A DNA stretch of 64,000 nt from a bacterium (GCA_963643715.1 CAVILQ010000005.1:6518-70517); one strand, 5' to 3'; shown: positions 8,850 through 18,498, counted from the first letter of the stretch. Notes: generated by a model not told the origin, from the letters alone. Made by a program: numbers and translations.

Positions 8850-9716
8850 CTAAGCATACATAAATCTCTGCTCATTGTGACTATTGACAATTCTGATGAG
8901 ATTGCTGAGCTCTTTTGTGTCATCATAGGAATTTGGAAGTTCGAGGATAGACACGAATCTAGAAGATTTTGTTGGCGTGTCAAGTGTAGAGTCATAATTT
9001 CCGATAAGATAACGATTGACTAATTTACATATGATGCGATCGTTAAGCATCACATAAGGAAGGAGTTCCTTTAGTGGAAGCAAAGTAAAGTCCTTATCCT
9101 TGATGACTCTATTCTCGATATAGTAGAAGGTGAAGTCATTCTTAAGACTCGTATCTAATAAAGAGAAGTAGATGGAAACAGATTTGTCAAAGAGTTCCGG
9201 ATTGTTTTCAGTTTCCATCTTCGCAAGCAGAATTTTCTGTTCTTCCCTTGTCAGAGAAAAGAAAGAATTCATTTCTTTAACAGGAGGAACTGTGTTAAAT
9301 CGACAAATGTTATACTTTGTGTTTTGACTCACAAAGTCTGCGAGTTTGTTCCACTGAATTCCGTGACCCTCATTCTCACCATTCAGTCTTGACTTGACAT
9401 GAAGGAGTTCATGAATGATGACATTGATGCACAGATCCTTGTCTTCGATAATCTTATTCTTGATAGTGATATAGTATACGTTCTTCGAAAGAGTGATATT
9501 AGGATAGTCATTAGTTGTCCAATCGGACGCTTCCGAAACGAGAACGCTACTGGTTGAACCATATAATTTGATTTTGTGGTTCACGTTCCTTTCCGTATAA
9601 AAAGTAATATCTTCTGTGACAGGAATATTGATGGATTCCAAAACAGAGACAGCTTCTTCGATATACGGAAGGATCTTACTCGAAATCGTCTTTGAATAAT
9701 GAATGTTTTCTCTCAT
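8850..9716 (-). CDS. SprT-like / DUF45-like HExxH zinc metallopeptidase domain protein
   Basis: The block IIHELLHVKSRLNGENEGHGIQWNKLADF fits the HExxH-(x)n-HGxxW pattern of the SprT family. RBS AAGGGG lies upstream. Confidence 0.5.
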   Translation of the reverse strand: MRENIHYSKTISSKILPYIEEAVSVLESINIPVTEDITFYTERNVNHKIKLYGSTSSVLVSEASDWTTNDYPNITLSKNVYYITIKNKIIEDKDLCINVIIHELLHVKSRLNGENEGHGIQWNKLADFVSQNTKYNICRFNTVPPVKEMNSFFSLTREEQKILLAKMETENNPELFDKSVSIYFSLLDTSLKNDFTFYYIENRVIKDKDFTLLPLKELLPYVMLNDRIICKLVNRYLIGNYDSTLDTPTKSSRFVSILELPNSYDDTKELSNLIRIVNSHNEQRFMYA

Positions 9717-9727
9717 TTGTTTTTACC

Positions 9728-9746
9728 CCTTTTTAATAACTCGAAA
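9728..9746 (-). promoter_or_regulatory. Second copy of the conserved leader motif (TTTCGAGTTATTAAAAAGG), upstream of the SprT-like gene
   Basis: It is a 16/16 match to 8707-8722. Confidence 0.4.
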
Positions 9747-10041
9747 ACTTGTAGTTTTACGAGCTTGAAACGAAACGGATTGAAGTGTAGAAGAGCACAT
9801 CAAACGTAGGTGAATCAAGGATAATGACTTAATAGATGACGACTTGAGAATTGAACTGGAAACTTTTTTCATTCCTCCTTTATGATTTCGGATTCGTAGA
9901 TCTGATGACATACCAAACAAAACAAAGTAATAAGAATCAAGCGATACCTCCTTTTGCTCTTTCTTAAACGGAAACCAATAACCATTGGTTTTCACTACGA
10001 TTAAACGACACCACTCTTTTAATAGGGAAAAATTAGTAAAA

Positions 10042-10099
10042 GTCGATGAATCACACCTACAAGTTGATTTTTATAAAGTGAGGTGCTGATTCATCGAAC
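10042..10099. promoter_or_regulatory. Long imperfect hairpin (about 17-bp arms, 22-nt loop) with GATGAATC in both arms, in the intergenic or promoter region
   Basis: The arms GTCGATGAATCACACCT ... AGGTGCTGATTCATCGAAC are near-complementary. Confidence 0.35.
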
Positions 10100-10185
10100 G
10101 CGGCGAATAGAAGCTAAGCATGTTGTATACTTATCGACATATTTGAATCATATAGGAAAGCATTAGTTCCGATTTTGTGAATTTA

Positions 10186-10212
10186 GAAAAAGCCCACGTT
10201 TATGGGCTTTTT
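10186..10212. terminator. Bidirectional Rho-independent terminator (AAAAAGCCCAC-GTTTA-TGGGCTTTTT)
   Basis: An 8-bp GC-rich stem is flanked by an A-run and a T-run. It lies immediately 3' of the 904-aa gene on the minus strand. Confidence 0.7.
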
Positions 10213-10239
10213 CAAGAATTAGTAATTTCAAAAACATCT

Positions 10240-12954
10240 CTATTTTGTCAATTTTAGGTAGAAATCGAAATATTTTAATCCCTGTTCATCATTGGATAAT
10301 TCGTAGTGCAGATGTGGGTTCTTTTCCGTTATGAATATTTCTTTGAGAATTTCTTTTGATTTGCTATCTTCAATCAGTTCCTTCAATAACGGATAATAAA
10401 GGTTCCAGTAGAAACTCTTTTTGGATTTTTTATCACCCTTCTCAGATAAGACGAATACAGCTTTGATTCTTCCTGGCTTTAGGATATCGTATTTAGCCAT
10501 GCAATCTCTTATGGCATCTTTTTCATCAATCTTATTCTTTCGTAGTAGTTCTTCGAAAGTGTATACGGATTCATCTTTGCCTTCATCTGATTTAGAACGT
10601 AGCATCTTCTCTTTCTTCCTGAATTCAGCTGAGAGTTGTTTGTATTCGCTTAAAAAGTCTTTTGCTTTCTTTTTATCGGTTTCCGTAGAGCCTAAATCCT
10701 TGCGAAGGAAATCGACGATTTTCGATCTGCATCTTTCTACATTCTTCTCTCTTTTCAGTTCTACTTGTTTTACATATTCCATCGTTGTCTTATAGGGCAC
10801 TTTGACAAGTTTGTCTTTATGGAAACTATTCTGAATGATAGAGAAGAACTGCGGATATTTATATGTTTTGTATTTCTCTTTGATTTCCTTGATGACTGTT
10901 GCAGTATCGATACCATAATCTCTCTTTGCGCGGTCTATCTCAATACCGGATAGGACAGCAAGAATACAGATATCCCCATAGATATCCTTTTCTTCCTCTG
11001 TAAGAGCAAAGGTGGATATATGATTGTTTATCTTGTCCCAAAGGATGGAATTCAAGAACTGAGAAAGGTCGACAATTTTGCCGATATCTTTACCGGAATT
11101 CGCATTGATATCATCTAATTTTGCCGCTTCTGTGACGGAATTATTCGTTATAGGTAAATCGATATTGCTGACAGGGACTAAGAAAAGACCATCCTGTTTT
11201 TCAGCATGTGAGACTAGAATAGGATTGTTGATGATGAACATGGTATCGGAATCATAATCACATCCGTTGAGTCTTTGCTGGATGTTTTCATTGACTGCAT
11301 TGACATGAACGATATGTTTTCCGATATCAAAATAATCCCAAATCGGATCATTACACAAATCATTCCTCACGAGATATACGTTTCCCATTGTAATATGAGG
11401 GTAACGGACACAAAGAAGTTTCTGATCATCTTCATCAAAACGATTTGTTCTGATATATCCTGGCTTTAAGATAGATGATTTTCCATCCCATTTTCCGATG
11501 ATGTATTCTAAGTATTCAGGTCCGTTACCGAATAAGGTAGCATTTGTACCTGTCAGGTAACATTTTCCACATCTAGCCCTATCCTTTAGAACTCTTAGTG
11601 CACTATCCTGAAAATCATAGTAAAAGTCTACGTTTGAAAATCCGGGATTGATTTTCAACAGTTCCATGATGAGGTTTCCTTTTACCTGGTATTCGTTTTC
11701 TGTTTCATCGGAAATAGAAGATTCATCTATCTTTTTGCCTCTTCTTAGATTGATGAATCCAGAGATAAACTGTGCAAAGAAAGTAGGATCATTTCTTGCG
11801 TTGTATATAGCATCAATGTAAGGATGGAACAGTTGATCGACATCCTCTTTCTGAAGATTGACTGTGTTCAGCAATTGATAGGAACTTGATACCTGTTTAC
11901 CAAAACAGAACTTTGGTGCTTTATCTGTCTTAACGACACCGAAACTGTCATCGACAATATTGGTCCACCCTCTTATGTTCTTCTCAGAGAAACCATCATA
12001 GAACTTTAAAAACTTAAGGCAGCTTTCTGATACGACCATTTCGATGTCCTCGATGCTTTTAGCAAATGTCACTATGCCTGTTTTCTTTTTATGCTTCTTA
12101 TCTACATCATTTCCTTGTGAGAATGAATCTTTCAATTGCTCGATAGTTGTGATGTTGTTATCGAGAAACCATTTTTGTAGTTTAGTTCTGAAACAGCACG
12201 CCTTGAAGAAACGGTTTCTAAGTAAAAGCATATGACTTTTTTCATATCCGTTTTTTATAAAGACCTGATCATCAATAAGGCCTTCCCCATCGAATATATT
12301 GTTTTCGATCTCACAATCGTGAATTGTAGACTTTAAGGAACATTCCTTTTTTCTTGTCACTTCTACTACGGAATCAGTAAAGGTGACTTTCTTGTCTTTT
12401 ACAAAAAGAATATGATCAAGTGGAATGGAGATGCATTTCTCAATGCTACTCATCGTCAATGATTTATACGCTTCAAAGGAAGATAGATTGTGTATAGTAG
12501 GATCGAATTCGATTCCACATTGAGTCCAATGATTCATCTCATCATATAGTTGTTCGATTATGAAAAGGCATCTTCCATCACGACTGCTTCCGCTTGTTCT
12601 TTTATATCGTACATAGTGTTGTCCATTTAAATAGAAGCCCTTTTCATATAGATATTCCCTAGCGTGAAAAACTTCCTCTTTGTCTTTCTTGCTTTTTGCC
12701 ACATCGAATAGAAGGTTGACAAGAAGATAATCAGAGTATTTTATAGTTGGCTTTTTCTTGTTTCTTCTATATTTATCTAGACACTTGAAAAGTTCGATAT
12801 GATCCAACGAATTTGAGTTTTTGAATGAGATAAGACTTTTTAATTTCTTGTCATCAAATAGGGCACCGTTATCGATTCCGTTTGGGGTGCCATGATAGAC
12901 CTCATAATAAGGTAGATATAAGGTATCATCATTCTGTTTCTTTGTGTCTGTCAT
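10240..12954 (-). CDS. single-chain two-barrel (double-psi beta-barrel) RNA polymerase-like protein of the YonO / QDE-1 / multisubunit-RNAP catalytic superfamily
   Basis: One segment, LKDRARCGKCYLTGT, matches the beta-subunit DPBB block (E. coli AGDKMAGRHGNKGVIS). The downstream segment RYPHITMGNVYLV...GKHIVHVNAVNENIQQRLNGCDYDSDTMFII matches the beta' NRAPTLHRLGIQAF...[26 protein letters not shown] block. The catalytic loop here reads DYDSD. The order of the barrels (beta-like, then beta'-like) is conserved. Confidence 0.6.
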   Translation of the reverse strand: MTDTKKQNDDTLYLPYYEVYHGTPNGIDNGALFDDKKLKSLISFKNSNSLDHIELFKCLDKYRRNKKKPTIKYSDYLLVNLLFDVAKSKKDKEEVFHAREYLYEKGFYLNGQHYVRYKRTSGSSRDGRCLFIIEQLYDEMNHWTQCGIEFDPTIHNLSSFEAYKSLTMSSIEKCISIPLDHILFVKDKKVTFTDSVVEVTRKKECSLKSTIHDCEIENNIFDGEGLIDDQVFIKNGYEKSHMLLLRNRFFKACCFRTKLQKWFLDNNITTIEQLKDSFSQGNDVDKKHKKKTGIVTFAKSIEDIEMVVSESCLKFLKFYDGFSEKNIRGWTNIVDDSFGVVKTDKAPKFCFGKQVSSSYQLLNTVNLQKEDVDQLFHPYIDAIYNARNDPTFFAQFISGFINLRRGKKIDESSISDETENEYQVKGNLIMELLKINPGFSNVDFYYDFQDSALRVLKDRARCGKCYLTGTNATLFGNGPEYLEYIIGKWDGKSSILKPGYIRTNRFDEDDQKLLCVRYPHITMGNVYLVRNDLCNDPIWDYFDIGKHIVHVNAVNENIQQRLNGCDYDSDTMFIINNPILVSHAEKQDGLFLVPVSNIDLPITNNSVTEAAKLDDINANSGKDIGKIVDLSQFLNSILWDKINNHISTFALTEEEKDIYGDICILAVLSGIEIDRAKRDYGIDTATVIKEIKEKYKTYKYPQFFSIIQNSFHKDKLVKVPYKTTMEYVKQVELKREKNVERCRSKIVDFLRKDLGSTETDKKKAKDFLSEYKQLSAEFRKKEKMLRSKSDEGKDESVYTFEELLRKNKIDEKDAIRDCMAKYDILKPGRIKAVFVLSEKGDKKSKKSFYWNLYYPLLKELIEDSKSKEILKEIFITEKNPHLHYELSNDEQGLKYFDFYLKLTK

Positions 12955-13122
12955 AAAAAAGAGTCCTTTCTATGCGTATTTCAATCATATCATTTACCGA
13001 TAGGAAAATGGTAAGCATTCTCATTTTTTCTCAAATCTCATTATAGAAAAAGGCTATCAAGCATTCTTCATAGAGTATATGTTAGATGCTTTATAGCCAT
13101 GTATTCTTGGATGGATTATCAA

Positions 13123-15768
13123 CTATTCAGGGAGAACAGCTTTGTTCTTCTTCTTGAATGTTGATTTTCGGATGAATATATCAGCCAAATAGATGATGAC
13201 AGAGACAAGGAAGAAGATCATCATCGTTGAATAATAGCTGTATTGATTCAACTCAGAGTCACTTACCTTGTATTCGTATTCATCTCCGTTAGCGTAAAGA
13301 GTGCCAGAAGAAGCTTTAGTCATCTCACTTAATAGGACATTGTCACCTGTGTTTGGAAGCAAGTCATATTCTTTCGAATAATCGTAGTAGAAAGAGAAAT
13401 CATCTTTCTCAACGACTTGATATACGCCATTAGCATCCTTTTCAGAGTAGGTTGCTTCAACCTTGTACTTACCTTTCTCATTGACAGGAATGTTGATGTT
13501 GTATGTCTTGTTCTTAGAGTCATAGATAAGATCAGCTTCTGATTCTTTTCCGCTAGGATCAGTTGCCTTGATGTGAATGCTTCCTTCAGCATCCTGTTCA
13601 TTGACAAGAACAGAGACACCCATTGAAGTACCATTGGCGTTAAAACTCATATCCATCACAGTTGTAATGCTTCTTTCTGGTAGTGTCTGATAGATGGAAT
13701 TCTGTAAGAAGGTTTTACCAGCTGAGGAGGAACGGAAGTCTTTTGTCCAATCATTGGTGATATTGCTTGTGAAGGAGGCGACTTTTCCTTTTCCGAAGGA
13801 CCAGTATGCGTATAACGGAATTGTAGCGACACCGGTTGTATTGTTGTTCTCATCCTTCTTGATGTACTGAAGAGTGAGGACAGTGGTAGAGCCACCTTTG
13901 ACACGACAGTAGTTATACCCTTGTAAATCCGGCAATGTCTTGACGTTGTTCAGAACAGGATCATCCGAGATGCGATACTGAATCTGAGCCTCTTCTACAA
14001 TCTCCGTGTTGCCGATCTCGCCGGAAACGGAGGAAAGCATAACGTCGATAAGTCCCGAAGCAGTGCGGCAGAAATAGTAGTTTCCATTACCGATTTCACT
14101 CAGTGTTGTTAGTATGCTTTTACCAGCATCGCTAGAAATGTTGATGAAAGAACAGATTATGTTGTCGTTTGCCATGTTGCGAACAATTCTCTTCAGTTCA
14201 TCATCGGATTCGCTAGGAAGACCATCGGTCAGCGTGATGACATTCTTATATTCGCAGCTGGAATTATAGACCTGTTCCTGAGCCTGTCTAAGTCCTGATC
14301 CTAACTTTGTTCCACCGCCAAGAGCGATACTGTTGATTGCCTTGATGATTGTTGTCTTGTTCTTGATGGAAGTCATAGGCTGGTGAATGGTGACGCTGTC
14401 AGAGAAGGAGATGATAGAAACGAAGTCTTTGTCAGAAAGGACATCAAGACACTTGATGGCACCCTTCTTTGCAATTTCAAGTCTATCATCCGACTGCATG
14501 GAACCAGAGCAGTCAATCAATAGGACAAGTGCTTTGGCATCCTCGGATTCATATTGAACAGGAAGCATATCATTGTAGTCGTTGATACCTTCTGCAGTTC
14601 CGCTTGTATAGGTTGCACCATAGGTCAAAAGGCTTTTTCCGTATGTGGATACGGCAGTGTTGAGGTTGACGGAGAAATCTTTGTAATGATTCAAGGAGAG
14701 AATGTTGATGTTATCTAGTACGATTTCATCATACTTAAGCAAATCAGCTAGTTTGTACGGAACATTGGCGGTCTCGACATAAGAGGTGATTTTGGTGTTT
14801 TCATCATAACCGCTGACTTCTTTGAAGGCAGTCAAGTCATCAGAAGTGTTTCCGATAAAGAGGACTTTGAAGTCATCCGTGTAATCCTGAGTGAAGTGGA
14901 CTGTGTTGTTCTCTTCAAACGTATCGCTTTCCGGTTTGACTTCAATCGTATAGTCGATTGATCCTGCTTTCTCACTTGTGACATAGAAGGTGACGATGTT
15001 AAGGCCGGTAGCCAAAGTGGTTTCTTTCTCTTCTTTGACTTCTCCACCACTCATCAAATCTACTTTGGCGTTCTTTTCACCAGTGGATTGAATCATGACT
15101 TTGACGGTCTGCTCCCGATTGGTGAAGCAATGGTCGACATAATCGATGCTTTTGATGCTGACTTCATCCGTAAGAGTATCTTCAAGATAGACAGCATCGA
15201 GCGAGATGTTATCGTTGAGGATAGTGGATATTGTATCCATAGCGGAGTTATCCGTTTCAACACCATCGCTGACTAACACCATTTTCTTGATACTATCAGC
15301 TGAATAGAGATCTTTTGTGTAATTCAGCGCAGAAGAGATATCGCTAGCGCTTCGGATAAAGTCTGGATGCTTCTTCTCATCATATGCTTCTGAGACACTC
15401 TTCGGACTCTGTCCTGGCTTAGTAAGAACAAAACTGTTCTCACCGAAGCAGACGACACCGGTAGAAGCGGATGACTTTTCATAGATGCTTTTTACGGTGG
15501 CATCAATCTTCTCGATGTTCCCTTTTTCTGAATCAGAACAATCCACTAGGATATACATTTCTGTCTTGTGGTTGTTCTGGACGACTTGAATGTCACTGAA
15601 GGCAAGAGAAAGAGTGAATGAGAGGACAACATGAAGACATAAGGAGATGATGTTGTTGGTTCTTTTTCTTTTTTGCTTTGGAATGAGGAAGAAGATGACA
15701 AGGGAAAGCACGACTAATGGGATAGAGATATAGAGGAGATATGGATAGGAGATTTTAATATTGTTCAT
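13123..15768 (-). CDS. membrane protein with two von Willebrand factor A (vWA) domains (BatB-like)
   Basis: It has an N-terminal TM pair and vWA MIDAS motifs (ILVDCSDSE, LLIDCSGSMQSDDRLE). A C-terminal TM anchor is present. It is the last gene of the MoxR operon. Confidence 0.65.
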   Translation of the reverse strand: MNNIKISYPYLLYISIPLVVLSLVIFFLIPKQKRKRTNNIISLCLHVVLSFTLSLAFSDIQVVQNNHKTEMYILVDCSDSEKGNIEKIDATVKSIYEKSSASTGVVCFGENSFVLTKPGQSPKSVSEAYDEKKHPDFIRSASDISSALNYTKDLYSADSIKKMVLVSDGVETDNSAMDTISTILNDNISLDAVYLEDTLTDEVSIKSIDYVDHCFTNREQTVKVMIQSTGEKNAKVDLMSGGEVKEEKETTLATGLNIVTFYVTSEKAGSIDYTIEVKPESDTFEENNTVHFTQDYTDDFKVLFIGNTSDDLTAFKEVSGYDENTKITSYVETANVPYKLADLLKYDEIVLDNINILSLNHYKDFSVNLNTAVSTYGKSLLTYGATYTSGTAEGINDYNDMLPVQYESEDAKALVLLIDCSGSMQSDDRLEIAKKGAIKCLDVLSDKDFVSIISFSDSVTIHQPMTSIKNKTTIIKAINSIALGGGTKLGSGLRQAQEQVYNSSCEYKNVITLTDGLPSESDDELKRIVRNMANDNIICSFINISSDAGKSILTTLSEIGNGNYYFCRTASGLIDVMLSSVSGEIGNTEIVEEAQIQYRISDDPVLNNVKTLPDLQGYNYCRVKGGSTTVLTLQYIKKDENNNTTGVATIPLYAYWSFGKGKVASFTSNITNDWTKDFRSSSAGKTFLQNSIYQTLPERSITTVMDMSFNANGTSMGVSVLVNEQDAEGSIHIKATDPSGKESEADLIYDSKNKTYNINIPVNEKGKYKVEATYSEKDANGVYQVVEKDDFSFYYDYSKEYDLLPNTGDNVLLSEMTKASSGTLYANGDEYEYKVSDSELNQYSYYSTMMIFFLVSVIIYLADIFIRKSTFKKKNKAVLPE

Positions 15769-17626
15769 ATGCGTAGACCCCCCAATCGGCTAAGAAGAAT
15801 ACGGCACCACAGATGATGATGGGAAGAAGGTTATCGAAAACCTTACTGCCTTTCTGTGTAGTGGTATCGATGTTAAGAGATAATTTTTCTGTATCGATAT
15901 TATGCGGAATGCTTTCTGTTTCAGGATAACGAGAGAAAATTGAAATCGTCTTTTCACTTCCATCCTGATAAGTGATGTCAATACGATAGCTTCCGATTTG
16001 TTCGAGATTGTAGGTGAGATAGTCTTTGTTGCTGATGGAATAAGGTTCGACTTTTCCACTCGGTGTCGTGACAGAAACGGATTCCATATTGTTGGAAACG
16101 GAAAGAACGACATCTTCACCGATTTCATATGCGTAATTGGTAAGGACCTTCGGATTTGCAAAAGCGACGGCGTTTCTCATCAAGACTGTATAGTCATATG
16201 TCATCGGAAGATTGGAATCATGTAAGTCAAAAGCGAAGACGACTTCTCTTTGCTGGTTCTCGGTTTTGCCAGCGAACACAAATGGAAGGTTGTTGTAGCT
16301 TAAAATCGTTGTAAAATCACCAGTAAGAGAATAACGGACATACTTCTTAACGGAGATATCGTTATGTGCGATGTCTTCAGTCAGACTCTTGTATAAAAGA
16401 GAAGAAGTGTTATCGCTGTAAGTGAGATGAACACCGTTCTCTTCTTCGATGCTGCGCTGTGCGATGAATCCTGTTCCATCAAGAGTGGTGGATGAATTGA
16501 AGAAGAAGATGGAACCAACACTTGGAAGAGTAGAAGGAGTGAACGAATCGAAGATGTATAGGTCGTAGTTGATAAGAGGATTGTAGTTATTAGTTCCGAC
16601 AATAGTCACAGTGTTCTTGTACTCAGTTGTGCGGTTGATGGATGCTAGAATCTTCTGAATATAGAATGGCTGATCGGATACAAGCAGTACTTTTGTAGTT
16701 GCTGTATCACTATTGTTGTAGACGGTAAGAGTGTTATCTTCCATCAATGCATCTTCATTCATGATTTCTGCTTTAACAGAAGAAATATCACTGTATCTGC
16801 TTGTTACATCCTTGTAGTCGATAGAGAATGTGCTAGCCTCAGATTCCTTGACTGCATACTTCTTCTCTCCGATATATTCATCGTTGATATAAAAATGAAC
16901 GTTCAGAGTTTTGTCACTGTTATGAGATAGGACAGAAACCGATATTGAGATGGTAAGACCATCCGTCGTGTACTTCAAGTCAGATAAAGAGTAGTTGTCT
17001 TTTTCTACACTGCAGTCGATCAGATTGATGTTGTTCAGATTCTCAACCTGTTTGTCAGTCAGAAGATAGCAGAGGTTGATGTTGTTGTTCTCAACAACTT
17101 CCTGCGCCTTCTTCAACGAGTCACCAAGTGTGTTTTGAAGATATTCAGCTTTCAGTGAATCCAGATAGAGAGATAACTGATTCTTGTTTGTGACATTTTG
17201 GAAGACAACACGGCTTTCCTTGCCGCTATAGACCAAAGAAAAAGAGGAACCATTTGTGCTTTCGCTTGCAATCTTATTGATTTCTTTTTTTGCTTTGTCA
17301 AAGCATGTTTCCCCATTTTCTTCCATATTCATGGAAGCTGATCCGTCTAAGATAAACAAGATATTGTCACTCTTGCCTTGTGTTATGAAAACGGGGTGCG
17401 CTAGACAGATGCTGAGCGCTGTAATCGTAACAATCTGAAGAATCAAGGAAATCAAATGTTCGAATGTATGTAAAGGACTTCTCTTCTTTAAGAACTTCTT
17501 GCTCAGTTCCCATAGATAGGTGGAAGGGGCTGTTGCTTCTTTGTACTTGTTTTTGATGAGGTAGATGATGATGAGAACAGGAATGGCAAGCAGTATCAGA
17601 AACGCATAGGGATATTGAAAACTCAT
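15755..17626 (-). CDS. BatA-like membrane vWA-domain protein
   Basis: An N-terminal two-TM BatA-type region is followed by vWA (ILFILDGSASM). A C-terminal TM is present. The stops and starts overlap with the neighbouring genes. Confidence 0.6.
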   Translation of the reverse strand: MSFQYPYAFLILLAIPVLIIIYLIKNKYKEATAPSTYLWELSKKFLKKRSPLHTFEHLISLILQIVTITALSICLAHPVFITQGKSDNILFILDGSASMNMEENGETCFDKAKKEINKIASESTNGSSFSLVYSGKESRVVFQNVTNKNQLSLYLDSLKAEYLQNTLGDSLKKAQEVVENNNINLCYLLTDKQVENLNNINLIDCSVEKDNYSLSDLKYTTDGLTISISVSVLSHNSDKTLNVHFYINDEYIGEKKYAVKESEASTFSIDYKDVTSRYSDISSVKAEIMNEDALMEDNTLTVYNNSDTATTKVLLVSDQPFYIQKILASINRTTEYKNTVTIVGTNNYNPLINYDLYIFDSFTPSTLPSVGSIFFFNSSTTLDGTGFIAQRSIEEENGVHLTYSDNTSSLLYKSLTEDIAHNDISVKKYVRYSLTGDFTTILSYNNLPFVFAGKTENQQREVVFAFDLHDSNLPMTYDYTVLMRNAVAFANPKVLTNYAYEIGEDVVLSVSNNMESVSVTTPSGKVEPYSISNKDYLTYNLEQIGSYRIDITYQDGSEKTISIFSRYPETESIPHNIDTEKLSLNIDTTTQKGSKVFDNLLPIIICGAVFFLADWGVYAYEQY

Positions 17627-18498
17627 TGTATGATCCCCCTTTGTATCATTCTGTTTAAGAATGTCTCCTTCATGTCATCGCCAGTGGATAGAAGCATGTA
17701 TTCAGCTTCTCTGGAATGACAGAAGTTCTCGGCTTTCTGAGTGACGAATTCTAAGGCTTTCTTATAGGCGTTTAAGACATCACGGTTAACATTGTCTTTG
17801 AAGAATTTGGAATCGTTCTCACTGTCATGAAGAATCAGTTTTCCACGATAAGTAGGAGTGATTTCTTCCTCTGCTAACACTTGAAGACAAAGGACATCTC
17901 TTTTCTTTCCTCTTAAGTAATCGATAGCGTCGGTGTAGTTATTGTCAGTGAGAAAATCAGAAATCAGAATCGATTTGCCGTCACCATATCCGACCATGGA
18001 ACGGATGATGGCTTCTGAGATATAAGACTCCCCTTCAAACTTGATGTTGTTGAGCTTGTTGATAGAGGTCAAGAATGCGTCTTTTCCAATGATGTTCTCT
18101 AAGACAGGAATAGCCTGATTTCCTTGTATGAGATAGATGTTTACTTTATCCATCTCTTTTAAGGATAGATAGGAGAATAGAGTCGCTAAACGTATCGCGT
18201 AATCGCCTTTACCGAAATATTTCATCGAAGCGGAGCCATCTATGTAAATCCTAGTCTGCATCTGTCTCTCATCGAGGTAGAGTTTCAGATACATCTTTTC
18301 GAATTTACCATAGATGTTCCAGTCGATTTTTGTGACATCATCGCCTTCGATATAATCACGGTAATCGGCGAATTCGCAGGAGGAACCATACTTCTTCGAT
18401 TTGTGGTTCCCACCGAAAAGACCGGCGACATTATCTTTGACCGATAAAGAGAGAAGTTCGATTTGCTGAAGAAATTGTTCGTCGATCGCTTGTTTCAT
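17623..18498 (-). CDS. DUF58-family protein (MoxR partner)
   Basis: The DUF58 signature FADYRDYIEGDDVTKIDWNIYGKFEKMYLKLYLDERQ is present. The gene overlaps the MoxR gene. Confidence 0.7.
   Translation of the reverse strand: MKQAIDEQFLQQIELLSLSVKDNVAGLFGGNHKSKKYGSSCEFADYRDYIEGDDVTKIDWNIYGKFEKMYLKLYLDERQMQTRIYIDGSASMKYFGKGDYAIRLATLFSYLSLKEMDKVNIYLIQGNQAIPVLENIIGKDAFLTSINKLNNIKFEGESYISEAIIRSMVGYGDGKSILISDFLTDNNYTDAIDYLRGKKRDVLCLQVLAEEEITPTYRGKLILHDSENDSKFFKDNVNRDVLNAYKKALEFVTQKAENFCHSREAEYMLLSTGDDMKETFLNRMIQRGIIQ

Noticed and set aside
9723-9995. 90-aa ORF on the minus strand
   Set aside because: It lies in the intergenic promoter/leader region upstream of the SprT-like gene and overlaps the conserved leader motif. 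Its peptide is S/L-rich and low-complexity. It is likely spurious.
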